A DNA stretch of 59,725 nucleotides, the filler included. It is 5 parts of 5 records of this genome, joined end to end, with 100 filler letters (N's around TTAATTAATTAA, not from the genome) between each part and the next. Parts side by side here need not be neighbours in the genome. Positions count along the whole stretch, not along the records: positions 1 to 15,403 come from DRR723986_14828; 4 more parts are not named here. One strand, given 5' to 3'. The translations under genes and the position numbers were made by a program. Shown one piece after another: positions 1-12,594 of this stretch; positions within the stretch are counted from its first letter, which is position 1, and every line of letters starts with the position of its first letter. The notes beneath the pieces were generated by a model, which was given only the letters and a program-made list of their open reading frames with translations, was not told the DNA's origin and made no database searches.

Positions 1-1404
1 TGTACATTAAGCATCATTTCAGACACCCATCGGTGAGCCAGTCTGTAGCGACCTCATAGAAAGCCGACGGTCTGAGTTTAAAAACCTTTGACCGTTTTCA
101 CCAATATTGCCAAACACTCGCCCCTTGCTATCCTACGGAGAGGGGCAACGACAATTCCATCTATGTGTTTTCTTATCTTTGTTGTGTTTGACTAGAATTA
201 GGTTTCCTTTTCCTAGGTCTTATTTTGTTTTACATCTGCCTAGCAAAAGTTCGTCCCCTTAAGAATGGGACCTCCGCAAAGAGATACTTCCCGCTAGGGC
301 TAAACCCTATCGGTACATAACACCTAACCCTGTGTTCCAATTGTCCGCCGATAAACCCACAAAGATGGGGCGTTCTTCAATTTGCCTACAAGTTTTTGGG
401 GCCTTCGGATTCCGTCGCAGAAGGATCGCCGAGAGCTTGTGGCCTCTGGCCCTCTTTGCCGGATCCGTTTTCGTTGATTAACTTACACAATACCCGCACG
501 CTAGCTTGTTTTTCTGGTGTCATTTTTGTATGAAAAATTTGATTTTGTAAATAAAATCACAGGGCGTAACTGTTCCGTTTCGTGGTTAACAAGGGATTTA
601 TCCGAAAGTACTCAATAACAATATCTATGTTGAGCGGACGTTTTTTTGAAGAGCTTCAGTCTCCAATGACGAAACTGTAACAGTTGTATCTTTTGTTATA
701 TTCGACTGCGCCAATCCCCGCAAACACTTGCTTCAAAAAAGTCAAATCATCCTGCTGCGACACGAGATATCTAATATTGAATTTTTTTTTGGTGGTTACG
801 TAAGAAATGCTAAAGCAGCCTTCAGCATCCGTAAACCCTGCTATTCATGCGTTTTCCAATGACGGTTCTGCCCGCCCCCAACGAGAAGGGCTCACAGTTA
901 ACAGGTCCGTTTTGTTTGAGTCTGCACCTGTAGGGCGACTGGAACAATAATGATCATTAAATGCATGGATAAATTTTTCTAACTTTCTTTTTGTTTTTGG
1001 TAATACGAACCAACCATTAACAAAGTTTATGATCTTTTTGAGTCCTTCTTCGTCTTGTACAACGAATCTAAAGGTTCTAACACCTTGTTTAACAACACGC
1101 CCAAGGTTAAGTTTCATTTTAATGTAGTAAAGAACGTGAATATTTTGATAACCCTGTGTTATAACAAACTGCAAATCCCCTCTTTTTGAGACTGTAAATG
1201 ATCCGTCGCCTTCAATAAATCCAATGAGTCATTCGTGAAATCACTTTTCAGAGGGAACTGCCTGTGGGTTTCCATACAAAATGCTTTGCGTTTCCGGGAG
1301 TGTTGCGCTTGGCGCAAATTCTATGAGTGCGCCTAGTGGGGGCTGCATACATTTGTGCGTGCAATTGAAGATTTTGTTTGTGGTTTTCATTGGGTTTTGC
1401 TTAT
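1..1404 (-). mobile_element. Group I intron in cox1 (third in window, after ...YQHLF-T), truncated by window start
   Basis: cox1 similarity stops after CAT CTG TTC T. Minus-strand core motifs CTACAGACTGG and TTAATGTACA (P7/S, cut by window edge) lie near positions 1-50. Contains a LAGLIDADG ORF. Confidence 0.85.
386..1404 (-). CDS. Intron-encoded double-motif LAGLIDADG homing endonuclease/maturase, in frame with upstream cox1 exon (code 4)
   Basis: Reading TGA as Trp joins the 1241..1507 and 845..1174 fragments into one frame ending at TAG 386-388. Motifs [12 protein letters not shown] and [12 protein letters not shown]. Confidence 0.9.
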
Positions 1405-1498
1405 AGAACAGATGTTGGTATAATACGGGATCTCCACCTCCTGCTGGGTCGTAGAAGGTTGTATTAAAGTTTCTGTCTGTTAATAACATGGTTATCGC
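1405..1498 (-). CDS. cox1: cytochrome c oxidase subunit 1, exon ([31 protein letters not shown])
   Basis: Universally conserved COX1 peptide. Confidence 0.97.
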
Positions 1499-1879
1499 TA
1501 TGATCAAGGTTTGCGCCCCGGAAACAAAAAGGAGGGCGTAAACACGTCTGCCACTGGAACTAATTTCTTAACAGATTGGACTATATCTTAATAATGCAGC
1601 CTTTTCGACACTTGCTGATGGAGTCTTTGGACTTTTCCATCGCACACGTTCTGGAGGGCTCGCTCTGAACGCTTGCTGTTAGGCCGGCTTGCGGTTATTT
1701 CTGGCGCATAGTCTCTGGGCATGCTCCGCGAAAAGGCGGTCGCTGGCGGAGCTTGCTGCTGATTGACCGCTCGATACATAGCCCATCACTTTTGGGCATG
1801 TCGTAAGAAGGCCGGCATTTTCAGCATATAGACAGATTTGAAGCCGGCGCGAAAGTTCAGAAACTTTGTGTGGGCGAAC
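1499..1879 (-). mobile_element. ORF-less group I intron in cox1 (381 nt), apparent terminal A
   Basis: P7 elements CAGAGACTA and AAGATATAGTCC. P1: exon GCCGGU pairs with IGS GCCGGC (U.G). P10: UUCGC pairs with exon GCGA. Confidence 0.85.
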
Positions 1880-3481
<1,602 letters not shown>

Positions 3482-3557
3482 ACCGTTCACCCAGTACCAA
3501 CACCCATTTCAATAAGAGATGATGATACTAATAAAAGTAGAGATGGAGGTAATAACC
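3482..3557 (-). CDS. cox1: cytochrome c oxidase subunit 1, first exon present in window ((W)LLPPSLLLLVSSSLIEMGVGTGWTV)
   Basis: Conserved COX1 peptide. GTGWT uses TGA. The N-terminal ~100 codons are not found in this contig. Confidence 0.95.
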
Positions 3558-3632
3558 GTTGCAGGTGAGAGCGCTACACACGCGGGAACTCCCTACACGA
3601 ACCTTGCGTATGTCTTTCGACACAAAAGGCTC
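3558..3632 (-). ncRNA. Group II intron 3' end: domain V (3599-3632) and domain VI (3558-3598)
   Basis: 34-nt GAGCCUUUU GUGUC GAAA GACAU AC GCAAGGUUC with AGC triad, GAAA loop and AC bulge. It is followed by a stem with a bulged A and terminal AC directly abutting the cox1 exon. Confidence 0.88.
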
Positions 3633-4179
3633 AACAAATCACATCTTTGTTTGATTGACGAATGCTTCTTCGGCGAAACAAGAAGCTTCTTAAAAAGGGG
3701 ATTCGCTTTTTGCCCGTGCAAAACGTTCATCAAAAAAGGACACAACATTTGTTGGTGTTCGTCGGCTCCAGTGCTTAGTTCTTCTGCGCAAGGCAGAACT
3801 ACGCAGAACGCCGATCCGCGACGCATAACAAAGCAGGGGCGCAGCAAACAAATTTTTTTCGGTTCAAGGTGTGTTCTACACAAGGTTCGACACTAAGTAC
3901 ACCCAGGACCAAAGAACCTGCAATTACATCTGCCACGTTACCTTTGGCACGGATCTTTTGTCTCTCATTACGGCTAATGGGGGTCTTTGACAAAAGAATC
4001 CGCGAAAACGCAAAAAGGCAGGCTTACGTAAGCAAATAACTACGTACCGCGTCGTGCCCCAAAGACCGCAAAGGTCGGTGAGTGTCCTGTTTCAAAGACA
4101 GCAAAACACAAACGTTCGCTGGAGACGCGGGGCAGACGACGGCAAAAACGAACCATGCGGGCAACGCGTGTGTCGAGGG

Positions 4180-4716
4180 TTACATCAAGTTTTTGCCTTT
4201 TGTTTTTAAAATTTCAGTTTCCCATCTGTTACCGTTACTCAACAAACGTTTTTTATTGTAGAGTAACTCCTCGTGTGTCTCGGTAGAAAACTCATAATTT
4301 GCGCCCTCAACAATGGCGTCAACGGGACACGCTTCTTGACAAAACCCGCAGTAAATACATTTTGTCATGTCAATATCATAACGTGTAGTTCTTCGGCTAC
4401 CATCTGCACGAGGTTCGGCTTCAATGGTTATTGCCTGAGCGGGACAAATTGCTTCACACAATTTACATGCAATACAACGTTCTTCCCCTGTATTATATCT
4501 ACGCAAAAGATGTTCGCCTCTAAAGCGGGGACTAAGGGGACCTTTTTCAAAGGGATAGTTTAATGTAACCTTTCTTCTAAAGAAATATTCTAATGTTATT
4601 CATAAACCTCGTAAAAGTTCGGTGAGTAGCAAGGCTCTAATGAGAGCATCTGCGGTTCCGGAAAGTGAGGTTTTGCTTGGAGTCCTAACGGGAAGGTTGT
4701 GGTTAAACTTGGTCAT
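4180..4716 (-). CDS. nad8: NADH dehydrogenase subunit 8 (NuoI/TYKY, 2x[4Fe-4S])
   Basis: [31 protein letters not shown] and [12 protein letters not shown]. One in-frame TGA read as Trp. ATG at 4716. Confidence 0.95.
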
Positions 4717-4968
4717 AGTTTGTTGGTTCTTCGTCCTGCGGACTTGAGTGTATGGAATTGGGGCAAGAAGGCTCCTCTCCGAAGGCAAAACAAAACAAAA
4801 TGCTTTTTTGCTCGCATTCCCCGAGCGGCGTGCGTGCCGCCAGCGGGCACCTTCAAACCGAATGCGCCCATTTTAGAACAGCAGGTTCATTGTGTAGAAC
4901 TTGTGTAAGCCCGGGCGCATTCTGGAGGGCGGGCGGTCGTGATGATGACCCTTTGTGCCATGCAGGGT

Positions 4969-5937
4969 CTACGGCGAGACCCGCACACTCTGCCCGTCCT
5001 GTTCGGACAAAAGGGCAGCTTGCGCGCCACTTCCCGGAGCACATTGGTAAAAAGTATAAGATAAAATTATAGAATTTACATCCTCCATTTTTGGATCTTT
5101 CTCAAAATCAGAATCAATATAAAAAAGAATAGGCATTTCAACGGATTCATTCGGTTTTAATCTTTGTTCCTCAAAGCAAAAGCATTGTATTTTATTAAAA
5201 TAAATACCTGCTTTTTGTGGAATAATATTGTAAACAGAAATGCCCGAAATCGGCATATTTGTTTTATTGTGTATAGTATAAAAACTTAAAGCACTATCTC
5301 CGGGATACACATGAATTTTATCAATATTCGGTCTAAAAAACAAATCCGTACCGGCCTCGGAGCTTGTGCTTGTTTTGTTTAATAAAGCTAGCGTGCCCGC
5401 CTCTGTCGACGTGTCCCGAATAGGCACGTGAGGCTCTCCAGAAACCAAAGGGTCGCGAGCATTTAAACTGACAGAGTCTGCATTAAAGTGAATTGTAATT
5501 GGGGGCGGTGACTTTGTTTGCACTTCGACTCGATTTGCGCGAACCTCAGCGTCGCCAGAATCCTTTCCAACAGCCTCTGAAGCGGGATAAGGGGGCGGAG
5601 ACGAAGTTGGTGGAACAAGCTTTCATGGCGGCGTTCAAACGGTGCCGCCAGAACCATACGCTTGACAATACAATTGATATAAAGGAACTAAAGCATAGGA
5701 TAAACCTAGAATCAAGATTACAATACTTATCAAATTGAGGGCGGTTGGCGTTGCCATCACAGAAGTCGCAGAAGTAGGCCGGCCGGAGTAAGGGGTGGGT
5801 GTTGCGGCCGAAGGCGAAGAACGCTCCGCTTCTGCTACGTTTTGCGAGGTGTAACGTGTAACTCGGGCCGGAGGCGAAGCCGAAGGCGCGTCGGAGACGA
5901 AGAACCTTCGGCTCTTGACATGGATTCACGAAAACAT
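4969..5937 (-). CDS. cox11: cytochrome c oxidase assembly protein Cox11/CtaG, with in-frame insertions (start 5937 or 5757)
   Basis: TM anchor plus SYALVPLYQLYCQAYGSGGT, in frame (via two TGA) with YFNKIQCFCFEEQ and ILSYTF. Confidence 0.9.
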
Positions 5938-6722
5938 TTTCTGCGCTCCCTTTTTGTGTGTCGAGCCTTGCGCGTTAAACAGGTTCAACAAAGAGGCGGC
6001 AAAAAAAACTTGAGCCGAAAAAGCTCGACCAACGCGTAAAAGGATGCATGCCCGCTGAGGTCTAAGAACCTTACAGAAATGGCCGATCTTAGTTCAACAC
6101 AGGGGAACAAAGCAGGGTTTTCGGCCTTTTCGGGCATACAGACAAAATGGCGCAAATTGACGTCGCGACAGCGGACAGTGGGAAAGTCCCGGGTTCTCAG
6201 GATGACGTGATTTGAACACGTGATCTTCTGTACCCAAAACAGACGCATTACCAGACTATGCTACATCCTGTGAAAAACGCCCGCCACAAAGTGGCGTGGC
6301 GAGGGAGCGCGGGGGTTGGGGACACAGCCCGCCAAAACCAAGAGCGAAGGCATGCCACGCTTGTTCTTCGAGGTTGCCGGTCTCCGAAAGGGTTCCCGCG
6401 TTGGATTGCGTCTGACAAAGTTCGTTTTGAAAAAAGGATGCATGCTTTCGCAGCGAACGCACAAGATTCTCCCGCAGCAGCGCATGACAGCCGGCTTTCA
6501 GCGCGCAAGCACCGAGTTGAGGGTCAAAAATCTGGGCAAAAATGGGACAAAGGGGACAAGCGTTTTTGCACTCGAGACCTAAGATATCGGTTGGCACAAG
6601 TGCGCAAGGCGCATGTTGAGCAAAGGTCAGGACAGCCCAAGGTTAAGCCAAAACAGAGTGTGCCAAGAGCGGGTCTCAAATCTAAAAAAGCCCAGCAAAA
6701 ACCAGCCAGCCTTACAAAAATG

Positions 6723-6796
6723 TAGCGATAGTCGGATTTGAACCAACGACCCGCGAATTATGATTCCGCTATTCTAACCAACTAAACTATATCGCC
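6723..6796 (-). tRNA. trnM: tRNA with CAU anticodon (probably elongator Met)
   Basis: Cloverleaf GGCGATA...GCGGA ATCATAA TTCGC...GGTTCAAATCC...TATCGCTA. Confidence 0.88.
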
Positions 6797-7022
6797 GCGT
6801 TTGTATCGAGATGGCGAAACCGCAAAAAGGGCCACGGTTTAAGCTCAAGGAAAAGCCTTATGATCCGCCACGGAGCACCACGCCTTCTCCGAGCCAGGCG
6901 GGCAGTCGAAGAGGAATGCCCCCGAAGTATAGGGGGCGGAACATAGGGGGCGATGCGCAAAACACAACGCCCCAGCTGGTTCAACACAGGGCCAGCCTTA
7001 CAAAAACGCCCGCACAAAAAAA

Positions 7023-7138
7023 GATTAGATTACCATCCTTGCCCTCTCTTTGAGGATATTAATGGCGCAAGAATATTTCACGTATCGAGTTCGGTATGAG
7101 ATCGGGTGGTTCTATTCTTGCTATTCAAGAATCTAATC
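7023..7138 (-). rRNA. rrn5: mitochondrial 5S rRNA
   Basis: 116 nt with terminal helix GATTAGATT/AATCTAATC and internal GAACCACCCGATCTCATACCGAACTCG...GTGAAA matching the bacterial-type 5S loop C. Confidence 0.85.
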
Positions 7139-7709
7139 ATTCGTTTGCCCACAGCGATGTTTCGGTCGCTAACGCGGGCCCGCGCAGCATTTCTGCTCGC
7201 GTGCTTGTACACATGCCCACAGGTCCACAGGTTGATTTTGGTCCAAAGGTGAAGGAAAAGAGTTGGGCGACACGTGCTTTTATGCCGCCTGCAATTTGTG
7301 TCCTTTTGGCGAAACTTACGGGCTTTTGTTCGTGCTCGCCCATTTGGTTGGTGCAGAACAAAGTGCCCGCCAAGAAAGGGCGGGCGCGCAATTAATGCCT
7401 TCGGAGACGACTTGTTCTCCTTTTACAACGAACCCTTTCAAGACAAGCAAAACAAACGAAGCAAGGGAGCCAAGACCCGTGGGTCTGGGTGTGTGTGTGT
7501 GTCCCAAGACCAAAGACCAAATTGCAGGCACCACACACAAGCACAAACACAAGCAAAGTCGCGAGGCAAAACTGCCACATCAAAGGGGAAGAAGTTGATA
7601 AGCACTGGGTGAAGCCAAACAAAGGGCGAAGCAAAGCAAAGCCGAAGCACAAGCCCAAAGAATTTGTGTGTAAGCGCCTGCGCTTCCACAGCAGGGCCGG
7701 AGGGAAACC

Positions 7710-8495
7710 TTATCGCCGCGAGGTTCACGAACTCGGAGAAGAAGACAAGAAAATCGCCTCTTTAATTTTTGCAATCGCTAAGCCTGGATTAAGGTTTTTT
7801 GGACAGGTTTTTGAACAATTCATAATTGTATGGCATCGATATAGTTTAAAGGGATCCTGTAAGCCAGCAAGGCGAGATTCTGTAGTTAAATCTCTGCTGT
7901 CAATGATTCAACGGTATGCTTGTAACAAAATAGCGGGTCCCAAGTATTTTTCATTGTTTCATCAATAACTTGGACAGCTCGTGGAACAACAAGCACAAAG
8001 AATACATTCATACAAACCATCTAATTTTTGTCGATCTCCCTTAGATTGGTAATATTCTTTTTGTTTCGCTGTCGGAGAATCATCACGAGCACCTTGTGTC
8101 GTGGGTGTGGTTTCTGAGCGAGAGAGTCATGGTTGTATCGATTTGTATTGTGCATAAAAATTAGTCAAGTCGGGCACCAAATCTTTTACAACAAATAAAT
8201 GGGGTAACGGGTAAACTTTAGTGGACCGCCTCGAATGGTCAATCGGTTTTAAACATGCTAAAGTGTTGGTTCCATTTATATTCATTGCACAACTACCACA
8301 AATACCTTCACGACAAGATCTGCGAAAGGTTAAAGAACTGTCCAGATTGTTTTTAACCAGGATGAGAGCATCCAAAACCATTGGACCGCACTCGTTTTTG
8401 GAAATCGGATAAATACTTAAATAAGGCTTATCGTTTTTTTCCGGATTTCAACGATAAATTTTGAAATAGGTTAGGTTTGCCGATTTTTCTGTCAT
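7710..8495 (-). CDS. sdh2: succinate dehydrogenase Fe-S subunit
   Basis: [37 protein letters not shown] (both W are TGA) and [13 protein letters not shown]. Ends at TAA 7710-7712. Confidence 0.96.
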
Positions 8496-8855
8496 GGGGT
8501 GAATTGAAGGGTGTCTCTTGCGAAAGTATCCAAGTTGCTTACTTACGTGCGCCCGTTGGTGAAGGTATTGCTTCCTGCGGAACAGACACACACAGACAAA
8601 AAGCCCGCCAAAAGACGACACAAGGCGGGCACAAAAACGCCCGCGAGAGGCGAAAATTGCGCGCAAGCACGCAATCAGCAATTGGCAAGTTGTGCCAGCG
8701 GTTCTTGCTGTGGCGAAAGGATAGCGCGCGTTCAGGCTAACGTAGGTTTTGCCTGCTTTTAAAGAAAATTCGAAGAGTGCAGGCAATGTAGCAACCTCTC
8801 TTATTGCGACGTGGTTGCGGAAGCGCCTCCCCTTAATGAATGACTGCCTTCCGCG

Positions 8856-8937
8856 TATCGCCTGCCGGACTTGAACCGGCAGCACCGTATGGTACAGATT
8901 TTGAGTCTGCTGTGTTTACCAATTTCACCAAGGCGAC
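8856..8937 (-). tRNA. trnL: tRNA-Leu(CAA)
   Basis: GTCGCCT...GCAGA CTCAAAA TCTGT, long variable arm, GGTTCAAGTCC...AGGCGATA. Confidence 0.9.
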
Positions 8938-9377
8938 CTTGAATATCCCTGAGGCGCCGTGTAACGCGATGTGCTGCCGTCGAGGATCCCCGCCTTAACA
9001 TGTCAGCAGGGGATTCAAAAAGACGGACGAAAAGCTTGCGAAAGAGCCGCAATTCAGCTTGTTCGTAGGCTCCCAGCGGATGTAGGTTGCTGCTTTTTTG
9101 ATGCCCCTCTCAGTGAGGTTGAACTGTTTGGCCGCTGCGCGGCTTGCTCACGTGTCGTTTTGTGGAACACAAAACAAGCCAGCCAGCCATCCGTATGAGG
9201 GTGGCCGACGGTCAAGAGGCAAGCTCCTGAACGTGTTCTCCGGACCTTTGGACTTTGTGTGTCGAGCCCGCTTAGATCGAAGGGCAGCTGTCTTGGGTTC
9301 TCACCTACCTTCGGAGCTTTCGGAGGGTTTTGGGTTTTCGCGCCTTCGAGGCCGCCCTTCGACATGAAACAAAAGTT

Positions 9378-9884
9378 TTAAACAGAACCAAAAAAAATAA
9401 AGATATACATATACTTGAGTAATTGCATTTGGATGCCGGTCACAAAGAAAAAACAAAGCATCTTTATTTTTTCGTAATAAACATAATCTTCAATAATAGT
9501 TTTTATACCTTCTGCGGCATGTATTCAAGTTATCAAAGACAAAGCGAAGAAGCATAACTTGGCCAAGGTGGCGCTCGAGGAGGCAAAAAGTGCTTGTACC
9601 AACAACACCAAAGAAACGCCATTCAACGCATCAAAAACAACTGCGGGCGACGTTATTGGCCCGGTTGTTGCAGCCGCAGGCGAAGACGAACTGACGCTAG
9701 CAAAAAAACCCGCAGGCACGTTCTTGAAAAAAAAAGGCGAAGACGGGGAGCAGAGAAAATATAAAGACAAAACAAGGCACAAAATGATAAGTGGTATTAA
9801 GGCTATAGCAGTTGCCCGTTGCACTATTCAATGCTTAAGAGCAAAAAACTCGAGTTTCCGTTGTGGGGCGGTGGTTTGTGACAT
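9378..9884 (-). CDS. sdh4: succinate dehydrogenase membrane anchor subunit 4, with loop insertion
   Basis: HWIVQRATAIALIPL and WIHAAEGIKTIIEDYV motifs joined in one frame using TGA=Trp. Confidence 0.88.
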
Positions 9885-11205
9885 GGTTCTTTGTTGACTT
9901 GGTTTGCAAACAGCCACTTTTGCAAAGTTTGTCGTTTTTTTCGTTTGCTCTTACGCTTATGAGAGAGCACAAAACAAACATGAGAAGACAAGCAAACATC
10001 ATGCTGCGCTCTTGCAGCATTGCCTCTTTCAAGAGGCAACAACCGAGGGACATGGCCCTTATACGAAGGGATGCCCTTTTTCGCGGGGGACACCGTTGTT
10101 GGTCCTTGGAATTTTTAACATGTCCTTTTTTCGCTCGCGGGATAGATAACGCGCAGAGAGTACGGCATTGCCTGTCTTGAAATGCAGAACCAAAGCAACG
10201 CAAAGTTCCGTCGCAGAAAAGCAAAGCAAAGCAAAACAGCCAGCAAGGCTCGACACACAAAATGGCTGTTTGACCGAGTTTTGCCAAAAGGTCGAGCAGT
10301 TGGTTGTCCCCACAAAAAGGGCCACCGAAACAACACAACAAACTGCCCAAAAAAAAAAACCCGCAGGCTCACAATCAAAAAAAATGACAAAAAAGCGCAA
10401 TTGTTTCCAGCCCCAGGTTCCCCTAGGACTACCTTGTTACGACTTAATCCCAGTTATTAGCGGTACTATGAGAAATACTTACAAAGAGACCTTAGGCGTT
10501 ATAAGCAAGGCGCTCCACGTGTCGAAGACCACCCCCCAAGATATCAAAATAAGCTATTTCTTTCGAGTTCGACTGATTTCCGGGACTTGACGGGCGGTGT
10601 GTACAAGATTAGTTTACATATTCACCGTAGCATGCTGATCTACGATTACTAGCGATTCCAGCTTCATGCTTTCGAGTTGCAGAAAACAATCCGAACTTGG
10701 ACAATTTTTAAAGATTTGCTCCAACTTGCGTTATTGCATCAAATTGTAATTGCCATTGTAATACGTGTGTAGCCCAGTTCATAAGGGTCATGAGGACTTA
10801 ACGTGATCCTTACTTTAATCCAGCTTTCACCGGCTATTTTCGAGAGTGTATCCATATAGTTGCAGAGCAACAAAGTCTGTATACAAGCTCTTTGGCAGGC
10901 TTATTGTTCAACACAGATACCAAAAGCCTACAAAAGGGCGCGCAAAAGATTTGTGCCTGTTGGATAAACAACATGAATAAGGGTTGCGTTCGTTAAAAGG
11001 ACTTAACCAAACATTTCACGACACGAACTTCAGATAGCCATGCAACACCTGTTACAAATGATTCAAGTTGCAATTCACGATTGCGTACGATGCTCTCCAA
11101 AATTTAACATGGAAAAGTGTCTTGAATCAACTGTCAAGAACTGGTAAGGTTCTGCGCGTTTTATCGAATTAAACCACATATTCCACCGCTTGTTCTAATC
11201 CCCGC

Positions 11206-11237
<32 letters not shown>

Positions 11238-11334
11238 GTTCCCAGGCGGAGTGTTTAAGGCGTTAGCTTTCAACACTGAACTCTTTGGAGCCCAATATTT
11301 AACACTCATCGTTCACAGTGTGGACTACTTGGGT

Positions 11335-12594
11335 CACCCACCGGCATATTTGTTCCTTCGCAGGAACGCAGCCAACAGCCGTTTCCGGCTTAAATTTTGG
11401 GTTGGACTATATCATTCTCTGTTTTGGTTTGTGACCGAAAGTTCTTTAAAGTAGCTTTTCTCTCGGCAACTACGTTTTCGATTTCTTGTTTAGAAAATTG
11501 AGATAACGATGAAGCCATTTCAGAGATTCAGCGTTGTTGGAGTTCAGGATCGTTGAATAACAAGGTTGTTTTATAAACCATAGATAGTACAGGGATATGT
11601 GGTAAGATTAATCTAAGAAATTTTTCAAGATCTTGTCTAGAATCTATCCACAAACGGTACTGGGTGACGGACGACGATTTTGGGTCCTTTTCAGGCGCAG
11701 CCGAAGGCGCGTTGCTTATTCGATGCGGCCGGACTTTTGTAGATATACCTCAAACTTTTTTCATGTAGCGATCTAAAACTTCAAGGTCTTTCAGAGAAAA
11801 CGAATCTGTACAAAATACGCCTTGCTGTGTATTCTTGACAAGAGAACCGTCATCGCACCATCATATCGCAAGAGATTGCGCAGTAAGCATGTTAAGCCAT
11901 TTTCTTCGAATTTTCAAGAGCCCATTCTTGTGCGTATATGCGTGGAGCATGGTCAGTTCTGGACATGCCCGGCTTTGATATCGAAATTTTGGATGTTTGC
12001 CAAATTCGCCCTTGGAAGGTGTTTGCTCTCATCAATCTTTGCAGTCCAAGCCGGACTTTGCCGAATATTTTGCCTTGAGTTGATCTCTTTTTCAAAAAAA
12101 ATATTCTTTTTGTTTAGATGCGTGACGAAAAGAGAATCGTGCGTTCTTATAATTCTTATTTATTCTAAGAGAACCATCACCTAATAAACTTCCCAAAATA
12201 ATATGTTCTGGACTTGAAAGCGCGAGTCCACTTGGAGTCTCGGCGCTTAACGATGATATACAACGATACAACAAAAATGTATTTTGTTTTAAAGGTTTCA
12301 TGATGCAATTCTGAGGCATTTTGGCCTTGATTAAACAAAAACACAAACTATTTCCTTGTGTGTCTCCATAGTCTCTACGGGGACGTCACACTCAATGTAG
12401 CATCAAAACATGACCGAAACATGAATGGCGTCTTCCCTCGGGATTGGCTTGAAGCACAAACGGTCGTAGACTCCGCAGTTTGCGCACGGTCGGGACGACC
12501 GCACGCGTGCATCAAACGTTCCCCGATACAGCTGAATGCATTTTGGTCCCTTGAGGGACCAATGGACACCTTTTGGCGTTAAACGCCTTGGACT
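11335..12594 (-). mobile_element. Group I intron in rns at the position equivalent to E. coli S788
   Basis: Interrupts GGATTAGAT|ACCC and ends in G. Core motifs GTAGAGACTA and ATGATATAGTCC. Confidence 0.9.
11390..12319 (-). CDS. Intron-encoded LAGLIDADG_2-type double-motif endonuclease (code 4)
   Basis: IILGSLLGDGSL and SLAIWWCDDGS in one frame ending at TAA 11390-11392. Confidence 0.88.

Noticed and set aside
3556-3558. CGG at the cox1 exon start as a possible C-to-U editing site (Arg to Trp)
   Set aside because: The C is better explained as the last base of the group II AY terminus, with the Trp codon split T|GG.
6180-6720. GGGAAAGTCC at ~6180 resembling the RNase P RNA P4 5' strand
   Set aside because: No convincing ACAnAAnnnnGCUUA 3' partner was found, and it lies on the strand opposite to all other genes. 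An Infernal rnpB search would settle it.
5985-10590. Many Cys/Phe- or Lys/Gln-rich ORFs in mitochondrial spacers (e.g. 9835..10350, 7316..7552)
   Set aside because: They are products of strand-biased low-complexity spacer DNA with no recognisable motifs.
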